In this document: in pieces, positions 1-10,383 of the stretch
How the letters are laid out: each line of letters starts with the position of its first letter
Position numbering within the stretch: the stretch's first letter is position 1
Source of the DNA: Candidatus Latescibacterota bacterium
GTDB lineage: Bacteria > Latescibacterota > UBA2968 > UBA8231
Assembly: GCA_965208105.1 (NCBI GenBank)
Contig: OZ242318.1
Coordinates: 3,776,001-3,840,000 of the forward strand
Direction of reading: 5' to 3'
DNA length: 64,000 bases
Position numbers and translations under genes: made by a program
The notes under the pieces: generated by a model
Seen by the model: only the letters and a program-made list of their open reading frames with translations
The model's database searches: none
What the model was told of the DNA's origin: nothing

Positions 1-1
1 G

Positions 2-502
2 GGTAGCTGGTTTGGCCCCGAGTTCTCGGGAGAGCGAATTCCGACTTTGGAGGAACTCTTTGAACTCTGTGGTGACCGGGTTAACTATCTTCTCGAAATC
101 AAGGATTTCGGATTGATCGAGGAAAAGCTGGCGGAGAGCATTGAGGAAAGCGGCCTCCTCGACAACATCTTCGTCATCGGGAAGAATCCTGAGGCGCTTG
201 AACTGGTCAAGGATATCTGCTCTGAAATCAGGGTGGGTTTCACCTGCCGCGAAGTTACATCCGAGGATATTGATCGCGCCTTGAGTATGGGAGCGCACCA
301 TATCATCGTTCGCAACCAGAGACTAACCCCCGAGTTCACGAATTCCTGCAGAGAACGTGGACTGCAGGTACTCTCGACGACGGTTCGAACGGCAGAGGAG
401 TTGGAGCGCGCTGTGCGCTGCAACGTCCTCGGTATTCCCTTGCCCGACCCTCGTCGACTTCATGATTATCTCAAGGACGGCTTCACCTCCCCCGACGATT
501 GA
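2..502 (+). CDS. Glycerophosphodiester phosphodiesterase family protein (5'-partial)
   Basis: Frame is open from the window edge: GSWFGPEFSGERIPTLEELF...LLEIK, typical GDPD motifs. Confidence 0.8.
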   Translation, partial: GSWFGPEFSGERIPTLEELFELCGDRVNYLLEIKDFGLIEEKLAESIEESGLLDNIFVIGKNPEALELVKDICSEIRVGFTCREVTSEDIDRALSMGAHHIIVRNQRLTPEFTNSCRERGLQVLSTTVRTAEELERAVRCNVLGIPLPDPRRLHDYLKDGFTSPDD

Positions 503-511
503 GGCCGATTA

Positions 512-1414
512 ATGTCACCTGGCACCCGCGGCCTTGTCGAAGTCCATCTCGCGACCCTCATGTATGGATTCGTCGGCCCGGTCGGGAAGGCGGTCGACCT
601 CGACCCATACCAGATCGTATTCTGGAGGTCGATCCTGGCGGCGGTCATTCTGCTTGTCGTTGCCAGGCGTTTGGAGAGTCACTCTCCCATAAGGACCTGG
701 GCCGATCTGGCTACCCTTACGGTGATCGCCGGACTTCTCGTGATGCAATGGGGGTTCTTCTTCAAGTCGATAAAGGTCTCGACGATCGCAATCGGCCTCC
801 TGACGACCTATACCTATCCGGTATTCATGGTTTTTCTCGAGAGCTGGTTCTTCAAGCTCAGGCTCCGAGCTCTCGATTTCGCCAGCGCCGCCGCGGTCCT
901 GGTGGGGATCTACTTTCTGGTCCCCGAGTTCGATTTGTCCGATGCGACCTTCCAGGGGGTAATCTACGGAGTAACAGGAGGGGCAATGATCCCATTGATT
1001 GTCCTGATTCGGAAGAAGCGAATCATCGGCAACTATAACAGCTGGGACCTCTCGGCATATGAGTCGGGTATCGCGGGGCTGATCCTCATTCCATTCATGT
1101 TTTACGATGCGCATCTCTTCCGTATGCCAGGTTCAGGGGATCTCCTGCTCCTGGTGGTGCTTGGAGTGGTTCTGACGGGGTGCGCGAGGACACTGTTTAT
1201 CGACAGTCATCGATACCTCTCCGCCAAGGTCGTTGGGGTAATCCGGGTGCTCGAGGTGGTCTATGGAGTGATCCTCGCACTGATTATCTTTGCTGCGGTA
1301 CCATCGAACGGGGAAATCATCGGAGGCCTGATCATAGTGTCCGCCGCATTGTTCGAGAGCATGAGATCCCGATGGTTCGAAATTGTGGACAGAAATGTCG
1401 GAGGGGAGAGGTGA
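512..1414 (+). CDS. EamA/DMT family transporter
   Basis: 300 aa, about 10 hydrophobic segments in two repeats. Confidence 0.85.
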   Translation: MSPGTRGLVEVHLATLMYGFVGPVGKAVDLDPYQIVFWRSILAAVILLVVARRLESHSPIRTWADLATLTVIAGLLVMQWGFFFKSIKVSTIAIGLLTTYTYPVFMVFLESWFFKLRLRALDFASAAAVLVGIYFLVPEFDLSDATFQGVIYGVTGGAMIPLIVLIRKKRIIGNYNSWDLSAYESGIAGLILIPFMFYDAHLFRMPGSGDLLLLVVLGVVLTGCARTLFIDSHRYLSAKVVGVIRVLEVVYGVILALIIFAAVPSNGEIIGGLIIVSAALFESMRSRWFEIVDRNVGGER

Positions 1415-1524
1415 AGGTCCTTTCTCATTGTCGGACTTTGCTGTCCCCGGGATGAAAACGAAACACAATTCGAAAACTTCGACTCGACATCGGTGTCTGC
1501 AATCTTCACACGGGAGAAGCAGTC

Positions 1525-1926
1525 ATGGAAATTAAATCCGCAATCCCCGTTTTACCGGTGACCAACATGGACGACGGCGCAAGGTTTTACAGGGACGTCC
1601 TGGGGTTCGCCATCGTCCACCAGGAAACCGGATATTGCGTCCTCGCTCGCGACCGGATCCAGGTCCATTTGTGGGGAGCTACGGACGAAAGTTGGCGCAC
1701 TCGTGAGGAGGGAGGGCCGATCGAGTCGGGCGCTGAATCTTTCCTGGCCGGAACCCACAGCTGCCGTATCGAGGTCGATGGTATCGATGACCTGCACCGG
1801 GAGCTGGAGCCGAAGGGGATCATGCATTCGAACGCTCCGCTCCAGACCAGACCCTGGGGTGCGCGGGAATTCGGCGTTCTCGACCTGTATGGAAATCTCA
1901 TCACCTTCTTTGAGTTTCAGGCTTGA
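1525..1926 (+). CDS. VOC/bleomycin-resistance family protein
   Basis: IPVLPV..FY..LGF and PWGAREF.V.D..GN motifs. Confidence 0.9.
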   Translation: MEIKSAIPVLPVTNMDDGARFYRDVLGFAIVHQETGYCVLARDRIQVHLWGATDESWRTREEGGPIESGAESFLAGTHSCRIEVDGIDDLHRELEPKGIMHSNAPLQTRPWGAREFGVLDLYGNLITFFEFQA

Positions 1927-1953
1927 GGAGCGAATCCAGGGACTCGAAGGATC

Positions 1954-2652
1954 ATGGAAGTTTCCGCCGTCTCTTTCGATGCTGACATGACATTGTGGGA
2001 CCTCGACAAGGTCATGCGCCATGCGCTTGAACACACCTTGACGGAACTGCGCCGGCGAGTTCCGACCCAACGCGCTCTGAGCCTTACAGTGGATGAGATG
2101 ATCGGGATTCGCAACCGGCTCGCCGAAGATCTGAAGGGCAAGGTCTGGGCCCTGGAGGAGATCAGGCGGCTTGCATTCGAGAGGACGCTCGAACTGATCG
2201 GATGTCCGGACCGCGGCCTGGCCGACCGTCTGATTCAGATTTATGAGAAGCATCGATTCGGGGATATCGAGCTCTATGATGACGTGGTGCCCGCTCTCGA
2301 CGTTCTGGCTCCTCATTTCAATCTCGGACTCGTGTCAAACGGCAACAGCTATCCTGAACGCTGTGGTCTGGGGGGACGCTTTGGTTTTGTAGTATTTGCC
2401 CAGGATGTGCGCATCGAGAAGCCCGATAGAAGGATCTTTCAGATCGCCGCGGAGAGGGCGCGCTGTCCGCTCGAGCAGATGGTGCACGTCGGGGATTCCC
2501 TCGAGGACGATGTGGCCGGCGCAGGCGAGGCCGGGGCCCAAACGGTCTGGCTCAATCGCCAAGGTCTGAAAAACGATACCGGGGTCAGGGCAGACTACGA
2601 AGTGACTTCGTTGACCGAGCTGCCCGCAATTTTTGGGATAGGTGGGAGCTGA
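1954..2652 (+). CDS. HAD-superfamily hydrolase
   Basis: FDADMTL, SNG, KPD, VGDS...D motifs. Confidence 0.9.
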   Translation: MEVSAVSFDADMTLWDLDKVMRHALEHTLTELRRRVPTQRALSLTVDEMIGIRNRLAEDLKGKVWALEEIRRLAFERTLELIGCPDRGLADRLIQIYEKHRFGDIELYDDVVPALDVLAPHFNLGLVSNGNSYPERCGLGGRFGFVVFAQDVRIEKPDRRIFQIAAERARCPLEQMVHVGDSLEDDVAGAGEAGAQTVWLNRQGLKNDTGVRADYEVTSLTELPAIFGIGGS

Positions 2653-2770
2653 AGGTATTTGGCCATCGAAGTCATGCGGCATTCTCGGGCAGGTCGGGGC
2701 CTGAAGTTTTCGGGCGAAAGGGACCGGGAAAATGGATGAGAAGGCGCGGGAAAACGATCCATGTCCCCCG

Positions 2771-2799
2771 TTGACAGTTGGAGGATGGAGGCATACTTT
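2771..2799 (+). promoter_or_regulatory. Putative sigma70 promoter of the ankyrin gene
   Basis: TTGACA-17bp-TACTTT. Confidence 0.5.
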
Positions 2800-2849
2800 C
2801 GCGCCGTACAACCCGGCGATTTCTCCAGCCCTGCTAGGGAGCCAATACC

Positions 2850-3467
2850 ATGAGCAATGATATCGAGGACCTCATCGATGCAAGCAGGAAGGGCGATCTG
2901 GAAAAGGTCCGTCTGATTATCGAAAGCGGAGTCGATGTCAATGCACAAGGGGCTCACGGCAACACCGCGCTGGTCAGCTCCTTCGCTTTCGGCGACCACC
3001 TGGATCTCGTTCGGCACCTCATTTCTCTCGGCGCCGACGTGGACTATACCGGAATGGAGGAGGGCAGCCCCCTCATGCTGGCAGCTTTCGCCGGCAAGAC
3101 CGAGCATATGAAGCTGTTCATCGCGGCAGGAGCCGACGTCAATCTATCCATGCCGGTGGGAGGGGAGACGGCCCTGCACGACGCTGCCGTCCAGGGACAC
3201 ACCGACGCGGTGGAGCTGCTGATCGCGGCAGGCGCCGACGTGAACAGGACCACCAACAGCAACGCCGCCACCTCCATGTTCACCGACAGGAAGCTCATGG
3301 GCGAAACTCCCTTGCATTTTGCGGCCGCCTTCGGTGACGCAGCGATGATCACGGCGCTGCTGGAAGCGGGAGCAGAGAAATCGATGGCGAATTCGCAAGG
3401 TGAACTTGCCCTCGATTACGCGACCCGCAAGGGGAGGCCCGAGGAGATCCTCGAGCTGCTCAGGTAG
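2850..3467 (+). CDS. Ankyrin repeat protein
   Basis: Repeated G.TPLH.AA..G....LL..GADVN units. Confidence 0.95.
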   Translation: MSNDIEDLIDASRKGDLEKVRLIIESGVDVNAQGAHGNTALVSSFAFGDHLDLVRHLISLGADVDYTGMEEGSPLMLAAFAGKTEHMKLFIAAGADVNLSMPVGGETALHDAAVQGHTDAVELLIAAGADVNRTTNSNAATSMFTDRKLMGETPLHFAAAFGDAAMITALLEAGAEKSMANSQGELALDYATRKGRPEEILELLR

Positions 3468-3604
3468 GGCTGCGAAGGCCGAGTCCCTGATCGCAGTGCA
3501 GGCCCGGTCCAGGGTGCGATCGTCCTGTCCTTTCTCCCCGAGTTAAAGTGTATTGATAGATCCCATTTACCGGTTCCCCATTCGTTCATTGGAGTGAAAA
3601 GAAC

Positions 3605-4642
3605 GTGCGCCTGTGCGCGGACGCGCTTCCCGACAGAATCGAGAACGTGGAAGAATTGGAGGAGCTGTTATCTCGTCCGAGCGATGACGTCGTCGAAGAT
3701 ATGGCGCGGGTCGAAGGCGGCGTCCTCATTCTGGGTGGAAGCGGAAAGGTGGGACCCACCCTTGCCCGCATGGCACGGCGCGCGGCGCCGCGCAAGCAGG
3801 TGGTCGCCGTGGCGCGCTTCAGCGATTCCGGGGTGCGCGAACGCCTGAGTTCGTGGGACATCGAAACGATCTGCTGCGACCTGTTCGATCCCGCCGCGGT
3901 GAGCCTGCTGCCGCGTTTGCCCAACGTCATCTTCATGGCCGGCCGCAAATTCGGCACCACCGGCCAGGAAGAGCTGACCTGGGCAACCAACGTCCACCTG
4001 CCCGGCATTGTAGCCCGGACCTTCGCCGGCTCGAAAATCATCGCCTTCTCCACTCTGTGTGTCTATCCCTTCGCCGACGCCGGCGGCCCCGGATGGGACG
4101 AGAGCGCGGAGGTCGGGCCGGTAGGCGAATACGCCAACTCCTGCGTCGGCCGCGAACGCATCTTCCAGCATTTCTCCGAACAACAGGACACGCCTGGCCG
4201 GCTGATTCGGCTGAACTACGCCATCGATCTGCGCTACGGAGTGTTGCACGACGTGGCCTCGCAAGTTTGGCGGAAGCAGCCCGTCGACGTGACCATGCCC
4301 GAGGTCAACGTGATCTGGCAGGGAGACGCCACGTCCCAGATCCTGCGCGCCCTGCGCCACTGCACCGTTCCCACCAGCCCCTTGAACGTGGGCGGTCCGA
4401 GCCAAACCTCGATAGAAGCGCTTGCCCAGGCCTTCGCAGCGCGTTTCGGCACCGAGCCCATATTCACCGGCCGTCCGTCTTCCACCGCGTGGATCAACGA
4501 TACCTCCCAGGCCACCGGTCTCTTCGGACCGCCGCTCGTTCCCCTCGAGCGCATGATCGACTGGACCGCGGACTGGGTCTCGCGGGAAATGCCGGGTTAT
4601 GCCAAGCCCACCCGCTACGAGGTCCGCGATGGGCGCTTCTGA
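3605..4642 (+). CDS. NAD-dependent epimerase/dehydratase family protein
   Basis: ILGGSGKVG Rossmann motif, GEYANSC, RLNYA. Confidence 0.85.
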   Translation: MRLCADALPDRIENVEELEELLSRPSDDVVEDMARVEGGVLILGGSGKVGPTLARMARRAAPRKQVVAVARFSDSGVRERLSSWDIETICCDLFDPAAVSLLPRLPNVIFMAGRKFGTTGQEELTWATNVHLPGIVARTFAGSKIIAFSTLCVYPFADAGGPGWDESAEVGPVGEYANSCVGRERIFQHFSEQQDTPGRLIRLNYAIDLRYGVLHDVASQVWRKQPVDVTMPEVNVIWQGDATSQILRALRHCTVPTSPLNVGGPSQTSIEALAQAFAARFGTEPIFTGRPSSTAWINDTSQATGLFGPPLVPLERMIDWTADWVSREMPGYAKPTRYEVRDGRF

Positions 4643-4685
4643 AGGTCGCGGAGGGGGCGCTGATGATCGGGCTCCAGCAAATCCG

Positions 4686-5435
4686 ATGATTTCCGGGCAG
4701 TTCATCGCCCAGCTCGGCCTCGACCGGGACAAGGTCCCATCCTGGAAGGATTTCCCCTTTTGCCTGAGCGCCGTCCGCCACCTCGACAATATCGATCTGC
4801 ACCCCTCCGTCACTTTCTTCGTCGGCGAAAACGGTTCGGGCAAGTCCACCCTTCTCGAAGCGATAGCCGTGGCCTGGGGCTTCAATCCCGAGGGCGGCTC
4901 CAGGCACTTCCAGTTCGGGTCGCGGCCTTCCCACTCCGTCCTGCAGCGGTATATCCGCTTTTCCCGGGGGGTCAAAAGGGCGCGGGACGGCTACTTCCTG
5001 CGCGCTGAAAGCTTCTTCAACGTGGCGACGCAAATCGAGGAACTGGACGAGGAATTCGACAACATTCCCCGCATCGTCGACGCCTACGGCAGTCGTCCCC
5101 TGCACGAGCAGTCCCACGGCGAGTCTTTCCTTTCCCTCATGCTGAACCGGTTTGGCGGCAGGGGGTTGTATGTGCTGGACGAGCCCGAAGCCGCCCTGTC
5201 TCCCGGCCGGCAGATGGCGGTGCTGTCGCGGATGCACGACCTCGTGCGGCAGGATTCACAGTTCATCGTGGCGACCCACTCGCCCATAATTATGGCCTAT
5301 CCCCACTCCATCATCTACCAACTGTCGGACCAGGGGATGGAGGAGGTCGAGTACACCGAAACGGAGCATTTCTCGGTGGCCAAAGGCTTTCTCGAAAATC
5401 ACCGCAGAATGCTGGACCTGATTCTGGCGAGGTAG
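4686..5435 (+). CDS. AAA/ABC-like ATPase (COG3910 type)
   Basis: GENGSGKST, QSHGESF, LDEPEAALS, ATHSP; start taken at ATG 4686. Confidence 0.9.
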   Translation: MISGQFIAQLGLDRDKVPSWKDFPFCLSAVRHLDNIDLHPSVTFFVGENGSGKSTLLEAIAVAWGFNPEGGSRHFQFGSRPSHSVLQRYIRFSRGVKRARDGYFLRAESFFNVATQIEELDEEFDNIPRIVDAYGSRPLHEQSHGESFLSLMLNRFGGRGLYVLDEPEAALSPGRQMAVLSRMHDLVRQDSQFIVATHSPIIMAYPHSIIYQLSDQGMEEVEYTETEHFSVAKGFLENHRRMLDLILAR

Positions 5436-5664
5436 GCGATTAGGAGAAAAGGCGAGAAGATGAGCGATCTTCCGGGGTCGGCGGCCGAGGTCAGGACTTT
5501 CCCCCGTTGGTCACAAAATCATACAAGTCAAGCGAGGACCCGCTCCTGATTGGTAGCTGACAAAATTTGGTCCAAACTGGCCAACTACCAGGCGCGTCGA
5601 GCGAGCTTTGGCAGAATCCGGATCTGTTCAAGGGGGGGTACACCGCGTCCCGGCCGGGGATGGC

Positions 5665-5861
5665 GAACGGAAGAGACGCGAAGCCCTGTTGCTGATTCGC
5701 TGAGGGGCTCCCGGTGCTGAGTGGTTAGCGGCTAGGTCGTTGAGCGGCTTTGCCGGATAGTAGGTTATCAACCCCCGAGATCGCGCGTTGCAGTGCGCGT
5801 CGCTTCTGGGCTATGCGCCGTCACCGGCGCAGTCGCACTTGCTTCCCTGTCTCTTCCGTTC
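5665..5861 (-). ncRNA. Candidate structured RNA directly downstream of the DIP1984-like gene
   Basis: 13-bp perfect inverted repeat (5665-5677/5849-5861) enclosing several hairpins, one with a GUGA tetraloop on the minus strand. Confidence 0.55.
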
Positions 5862-5870
5862 TACTCGTTC

Positions 5871-6407
5871 TTATTGTTCGTCAGCGTACTCCACCTCTAC
5901 CTCGAACGACGCGGCGCGGATCTGCCGATTGAGCTGGCGGAACTCGACGCGGACCTCGTTGAGACGGGTGCGGCAATCGTCGTAGGGCAACTCGTTGTCC
6001 TCGACGATGTCCCGCTCCTCCTTGTGGAGGACCCGCTCGTAGGCGGAGTCGACGACCTGGGTGTGCAGCTCTCCGAGGCGGTCGTTGAGCGCTTTGCGGG
6101 TCTCGAGGGCCTCGGTGAGGCTCATGTCGTCGCCCTCGTGCTCAACGCGGTGCTCGAAGTTGGCTCGCTGGATCGCGGCGTTCAGTTTGCGGCGTTTGAA
6201 CTCGAGGGTGCGCAACTGGTCGCGTGCCTCGGAGACGCTGAATCCTGGTGCCGGTCGGCGCGAGAAGTCGTTGTCACGACGGGAGAACAGGTCTCGATTC
6301 TGACGCGCCTCGGGCAGGCAGTCGCGCAGCGTCTTGATGCGGGCGTCGTACTCGCCCCGCAGCTCGAGGGCTTCGTAGAGTTTGACGGTCTTTCTGGCTT
6401 CGGTCAT
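5871..6407 (-). CDS. DIP1984/DUF6847-like coiled-coil protein
   Basis: Internally duplicated KLYEALELR/SLTEALETR and KLNAAIQRANF/QLNRQIRAASF motifs; strong RBS AAGGAGGTGA. Confidence 0.7.
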   Translation of the reverse strand: MTEARKTVKLYEALELRGEYDARIKTLRDCLPEARQNRDLFSRRDNDFSRRPAPGFSVSEARDQLRTLEFKRRKLNAAIQRANFEHRVEHEGDDMSLTEALETRKALNDRLGELHTQVVDSAYERVLHKEERDIVEDNELPYDDCRTRLNEVRVEFRQLNRQIRAASFEVEVEYADEQ

Positions 6408-6668
6408 ATCTCACCTCCTTCTATTTTACCGGGAGATGAATGAAATTCGAGGGGACGTAGAACAGTCGCAAGGGTTCCAGCGACTTTTTGCGGGGGATGG
6501 AGAAGTGTAGTTTATCCAGGCCATCGGCGGCCAGGGCAGTGGGCTGAGTACCAAGCATCTGAGCGGCCTGCCCGGTTTCGTCGTCGACGCCAGCACAGGC
6601 AGCAAACCCGGAGACGCCACCCGCCCCGCGCGCGGAGGGTCCATCTCGACCAATGGTCCGGACCTGGC

Positions 6669-8678
6669 TCAGCTAGCGATGATCCGCCGACGACCACCTT
6701 CCAAACGGTCCAGCTCCTCCAGGCATCGAGGCCTGCGGCTGTTTTGCAGTCTCAAGGCGGCCAGGTACTCCTGCCATACGTCCTTGCGGCGGGTGCGATT
6801 GAGTACATTTCTAACCTTGCGCAGATAGGGAACCGCCGCCTGGTACCCACTGGCCTGAACCCGGGCGATATTATTTTTCGCGATCTCTTTCCAAATTGCC
6901 ACGGCCCGGTCCGGATGGGTCGATTTGACGGCTTCGGCCACCTCCTCGTCGAGGGAGAAGCCAAACATCCCGGACGGACCTTTTTTGCGGCCGCCGTGGT
7001 CGTACCACTTCAGAACTTCTTTCGGCTTTTTCTCGGCAATGGCCAACTGGGTCAGCACCTCGGTCATAGGCGCCTCAGATATCCAGGATGCTGCAGGCAC
7101 CGCGACCTCGGAAGCCGGCAGGGGCCAGGCTATCATCGGGTCGCTTTTGCGCTTCCTGCCGGCGCGGGGTCGCCGGCCGGTTTGCAGGTAGTGCCGCCCC
7201 CAGGCCTCGACTCCCTTGCCAGCGCGCGCGCTGCGGGCGGCTTTGCACAAATCCAGGAAATCGCCCGAACTGGGCCTGGCAAAAAATTCCTCCGCCTGTA
7301 AGGCCGGCCCGGCGAGCGGATTGCCGCTGCGCTGGTTTATGGTCTGCAGTTGTGGCCGCAGTCTCGCATTGAGGCCGCCAAACTCGGAGGACGCGGCCTC
7401 AATCCCCTGCCGGCACCAGCGCCGGGCCTCTTCCCAGCGCCGCCCGGCTATCAGGCGATTCACCAGGCGCCCGTAACTGAAGGTGATGGGGGCTTCGCGC
7501 TCGCACAGAGGAATGATATCCTTCCGACGGCCGGCCTTTTCCAGGGCTTTAATGAGCCAGTTGGAGATTCGGTCCCGTACGAAGTGATACGAAAGATCAT
7601 CATCTCCGGCAGGGGGGGACTCACAGGCCTCCAGGCGCTGTGTCAAGCGGTCGCAAACCGCGGACCAATCGCTTTTGGCGTAGTCTTTCTTCCAGAAGTT
7701 TTCCAGTCCGTCGGCGCACAGCTCGTAGTCGTCGGCCAGGGCCATGTCCAGGGCCCATTCTATCCGGTCTGCCGCCGCCAGGGAAGACCCATCCAGGGCG
7801 CGGAAAAGGACATTGAGGCAGTCGCTGATCGCATCGCCGGATTCTCCCTCATGCTCGTACTCCAGCACCCGGCTGCCCGCAGCCAGTAGTTCCGGCCCCA
7901 GTCGCACCGCCGCGTCGGCCTGTCCGGCTTCGACCAGTGTTTTGAGCGCCGCTTCGAGACGCTCCGTACTGGCAGCAGGGACCCCGTAGCCATAACCTTC
8001 CCATGCTGGTTCTTCCAGGGCTGCGATCTCGCCGCGGATCGTCTGCAGAACTTTGTGCGCCTTCCCCGAGGTCAGGGTGCGGCGGTCCTCAAGCGACCGG
8101 CGCACCCCCTCGTGCGCTTCGGCGAGTTGGACCAGCAGCGTTACCAGTTCGGCCTTGGTCTGCTTTTGCAGGTGCGCGCGCAGGGAAGAGAACATGGTTT
8201 GCCTGGAGCTTGCGGAACGCGCCTTGACGTTCTCCTCTTCCAGGTCTTCGCGGTACTCCTCCATATCGAACTCCTCCAGCTCCTCGAACTCTTCCTCGAT
8301 CGCGTCCAATTCCAGCAGGCGCGGATCGTCTTCCTCAACCCGGCCGATGGCGGTCTTGGCTTTTATCATTTCCAGGTATTTCAGCACCACGGCCACCGCG
8401 TGTTTGCAGGTCGCCCAGTATGGACAGGTACACTCTGATTCAAGATTCTTCCTTCCCTCGATGCGCACCCGGGTGGCATAGGGACGACTGCCCAGCACCC
8501 AGGCGACCAGCGTCCCGTCTTCGGCGCGCCCCAGGTCCCGAACAGCCCCCTGTCTCAGATAGGTCTGCCCCCGGGAGACGATGCGATCGCCGGCCCATTC
8601 CTCCAGGTCTTCCCAGGTGAGTTTCGAGAAGGGATCAACGGGCTTTTTCGGTTTGGTCTTTTTCTTTCGAGGAGCCAT
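6669..8678 (-). CDS. SWIM zinc-finger protein with helical C-terminal region
   Basis: CTCPYWATCKHAVAV SWIM motif, RGQTY motif, acidic linker. Confidence 0.85.
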   Translation of the reverse strand: MAPRKKKTKPKKPVDPFSKLTWEDLEEWAGDRIVSRGQTYLRQGAVRDLGRAEDGTLVAWVLGSRPYATRVRIEGRKNLESECTCPYWATCKHAVAVVLKYLEMIKAKTAIGRVEEDDPRLLELDAIEEEFEELEEFDMEEYREDLEEENVKARSASSRQTMFSSLRAHLQKQTKAELVTLLVQLAEAHEGVRRSLEDRRTLTSGKAHKVLQTIRGEIAALEEPAWEGYGYGVPAASTERLEAALKTLVEAGQADAAVRLGPELLAAGSRVLEYEHEGESGDAISDCLNVLFRALDGSSLAAADRIEWALDMALADDYELCADGLENFWKKDYAKSDWSAVCDRLTQRLEACESPPAGDDDLSYHFVRDRISNWLIKALEKAGRRKDIIPLCEREAPITFSYGRLVNRLIAGRRWEEARRWCRQGIEAASSEFGGLNARLRPQLQTINQRSGNPLAGPALQAEEFFARPSSGDFLDLCKAARSARAGKGVEAWGRHYLQTGRRPRAGRKRKSDPMIAWPLPASEVAVPAASWISEAPMTEVLTQLAIAEKKPKEVLKWYDHGGRKKGPSGMFGFSLDEEVAEAVKSTHPDRAVAIWKEIAKNNIARVQASGYQAAVPYLRKVRNVLNRTRRKDVWQEYLAALRLQNSRRPRCLEELDRLEGGRRRIIAS

Positions 8679-8707
8679 TTGGTTCAGTTATCCGGTTAAA
8701 AAAAACC

Positions 8708-9655
8708 GTAACCGTTCAGTTCTCTGGCGGGGGCGCCAGGAAAGACTACGAAATCTGGTTGGGCAGCAACGAGGGTGCTGGTTGGTTCCGCAAAGGGGCG
8801 TAACAGGCCAGCGTGAGAAAGTCGAGGACGTTGCGCTGCTGCTGACGCAGGGTGTCCCGCACTGTGAGCAGGCGCTCTGCGAAACGGCTGCCCTCGGCAC
8901 TGTGGCTGCCGAAGCTGGTGTGGCGCCACAACACGCCATGGCGAAGGGCTCGTTCGGCGTCGTTGTTCGTCGGCTCCACACCGTCCCGGTGGAAGAAGGT
9001 CCACAGGGCCGGCTCGAGGTCGAGGAAATTGCCGCAGGTGGCCGCCGTATGGGCGTCGGCGAACTGCTGTCCATGGCACAGGCGAAAACGAACCCGATGG
9101 CGCAGATCGCTGACATAGACTCGAAAGCTGGAGCGTTGCAGGGTACCATCGCGGATGCGTTGCCACCAGGTAAACAGCTTCTCGCTACAGTCCAACAGCT
9201 CCTGGCCGACCCAGGCGGCGTCTCCTTTTCGGGCCACAAAGTCCTCAAAGGTGCGCTGCAGATGTGCCCAACACACTAGGCGACGTCGAGGCGGCAAATG
9301 CCCGTAGACCGAAAATCGATCCGAGCCGATGATCGCCGTGCTGTCGTCGCCGAGCATCTCATCAACCACCTCCCGACCGCGACGGGTGCGAATCGCGAAC
9401 ACCGAAACGCCCTCTGTCACCACCGTCCACAACCACGCCTTGGCGCGGCGCTCCCGTCAGCTCGTCTCGTCCATATTGACCATGGCCTGTTGGCGAACGA
9501 AGGCCCGGGCCTCTGCCACCGGCTGGACCAGCGCTTCGGATACCTCTTGCTCCAGTTGGCTGATCGTACCCAGCGACACCTCCAGGCCGAACGCGTCGCA
9601 CAACAGCGCCCGGATGTTGCGCTTGCTCAAGCGGTAGGCGCCGGCCAACCCAAGC
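8708..9655 (-). mobile_element. IS66-family remnant (5'-truncated transposase with in-frame TGA); terminal repeat at 8708
   Basis: DETS*, SDRFSVY, CWAHL.R.F and PTNNDAERALR motifs; GTAACCGTTCAG end at 8708; stop at 9457-9459. Confidence 0.85.
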
Positions 9656-9699
9656 CTGCACGCTGGGACCGAAGGTGCGCCGCGACACCCCCTGCGGCC

Positions 9700-9945
9700 A
9701 GTCGGCCTCTCCTGGGCTACGCGAGTCACTTCCACGTGCGCGGCGGGCGCAAGGGCAGGCTCCAGACCCGCTTCGGCGCCAACGTCATCGACTACGAGCG
9801 GATCATCACCCAGCTGGGCAAGCGCAAGTACCGCGGTTGGATCGGATTGGAGTATGTTTGGCAGGATTGGGAGCGGTGCAAGGAATGCGACAATCTTTGC
9901 GAGACGATTCTTTTTCGCGATTTCTTCCGCAAACTGGCCGCCTGA
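9700..9945 (+). pseudogene. C-terminal fragment of a sugar phosphate isomerase/epimerase
   Basis: HFHVRG...IDYERII..L...YRGWIGLEY; no N-terminus; left boundary approximate. Confidence 0.65.
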
Positions 9946-10383
9946 ACGAAACGCCGCGCTCTCTGCGCCGACTCGACAACCAGCCGTAGCCGCTCCCCAA
10001 GCCGACTGGAGTTCCCTTGGGCGATGCCCCAGGTCGTCACTCCGCAGTGGCCGCGCGTTCCCCTTCGGTCGCCAGCGCGAGCTCCTCGGGCAGCAGGGAC
10101 TCCCACGCCCCGTCGTCCATCGCCAGGAAGCCGGACATATTCCTACCTAACTAATTGTTTTTAAAAGTCTTGAGATCGAAAAAATCAGAAGGGTACCGCG
10201 GCTCGACGTAGCTTTCTTGACCGATAATCTCTATATTTATCAAGTAGTTATCAGCATCCCCGTGGCCCCCCGGCCCTCCTGCTCGCAAACGTATTATTTA
10301 CATCAAGTTAGTCGTATGTGGTTGCGGTCTCAATGACCATCCAACCCCGGCCGCCGTTCTCCTAGGCCCGAAAGGACGCCGTC

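Noticed and set aside
5460-5549. Short ORF after an AGGAG sequence
   Set aside because: RBS spacing is poor, there are no motifs and there is no further support
9457-9459. TGA read as Trp or Sec (alternative genetic code)
   Set aside because: Many intact genes here end in TGA, and the element is truncated anyway
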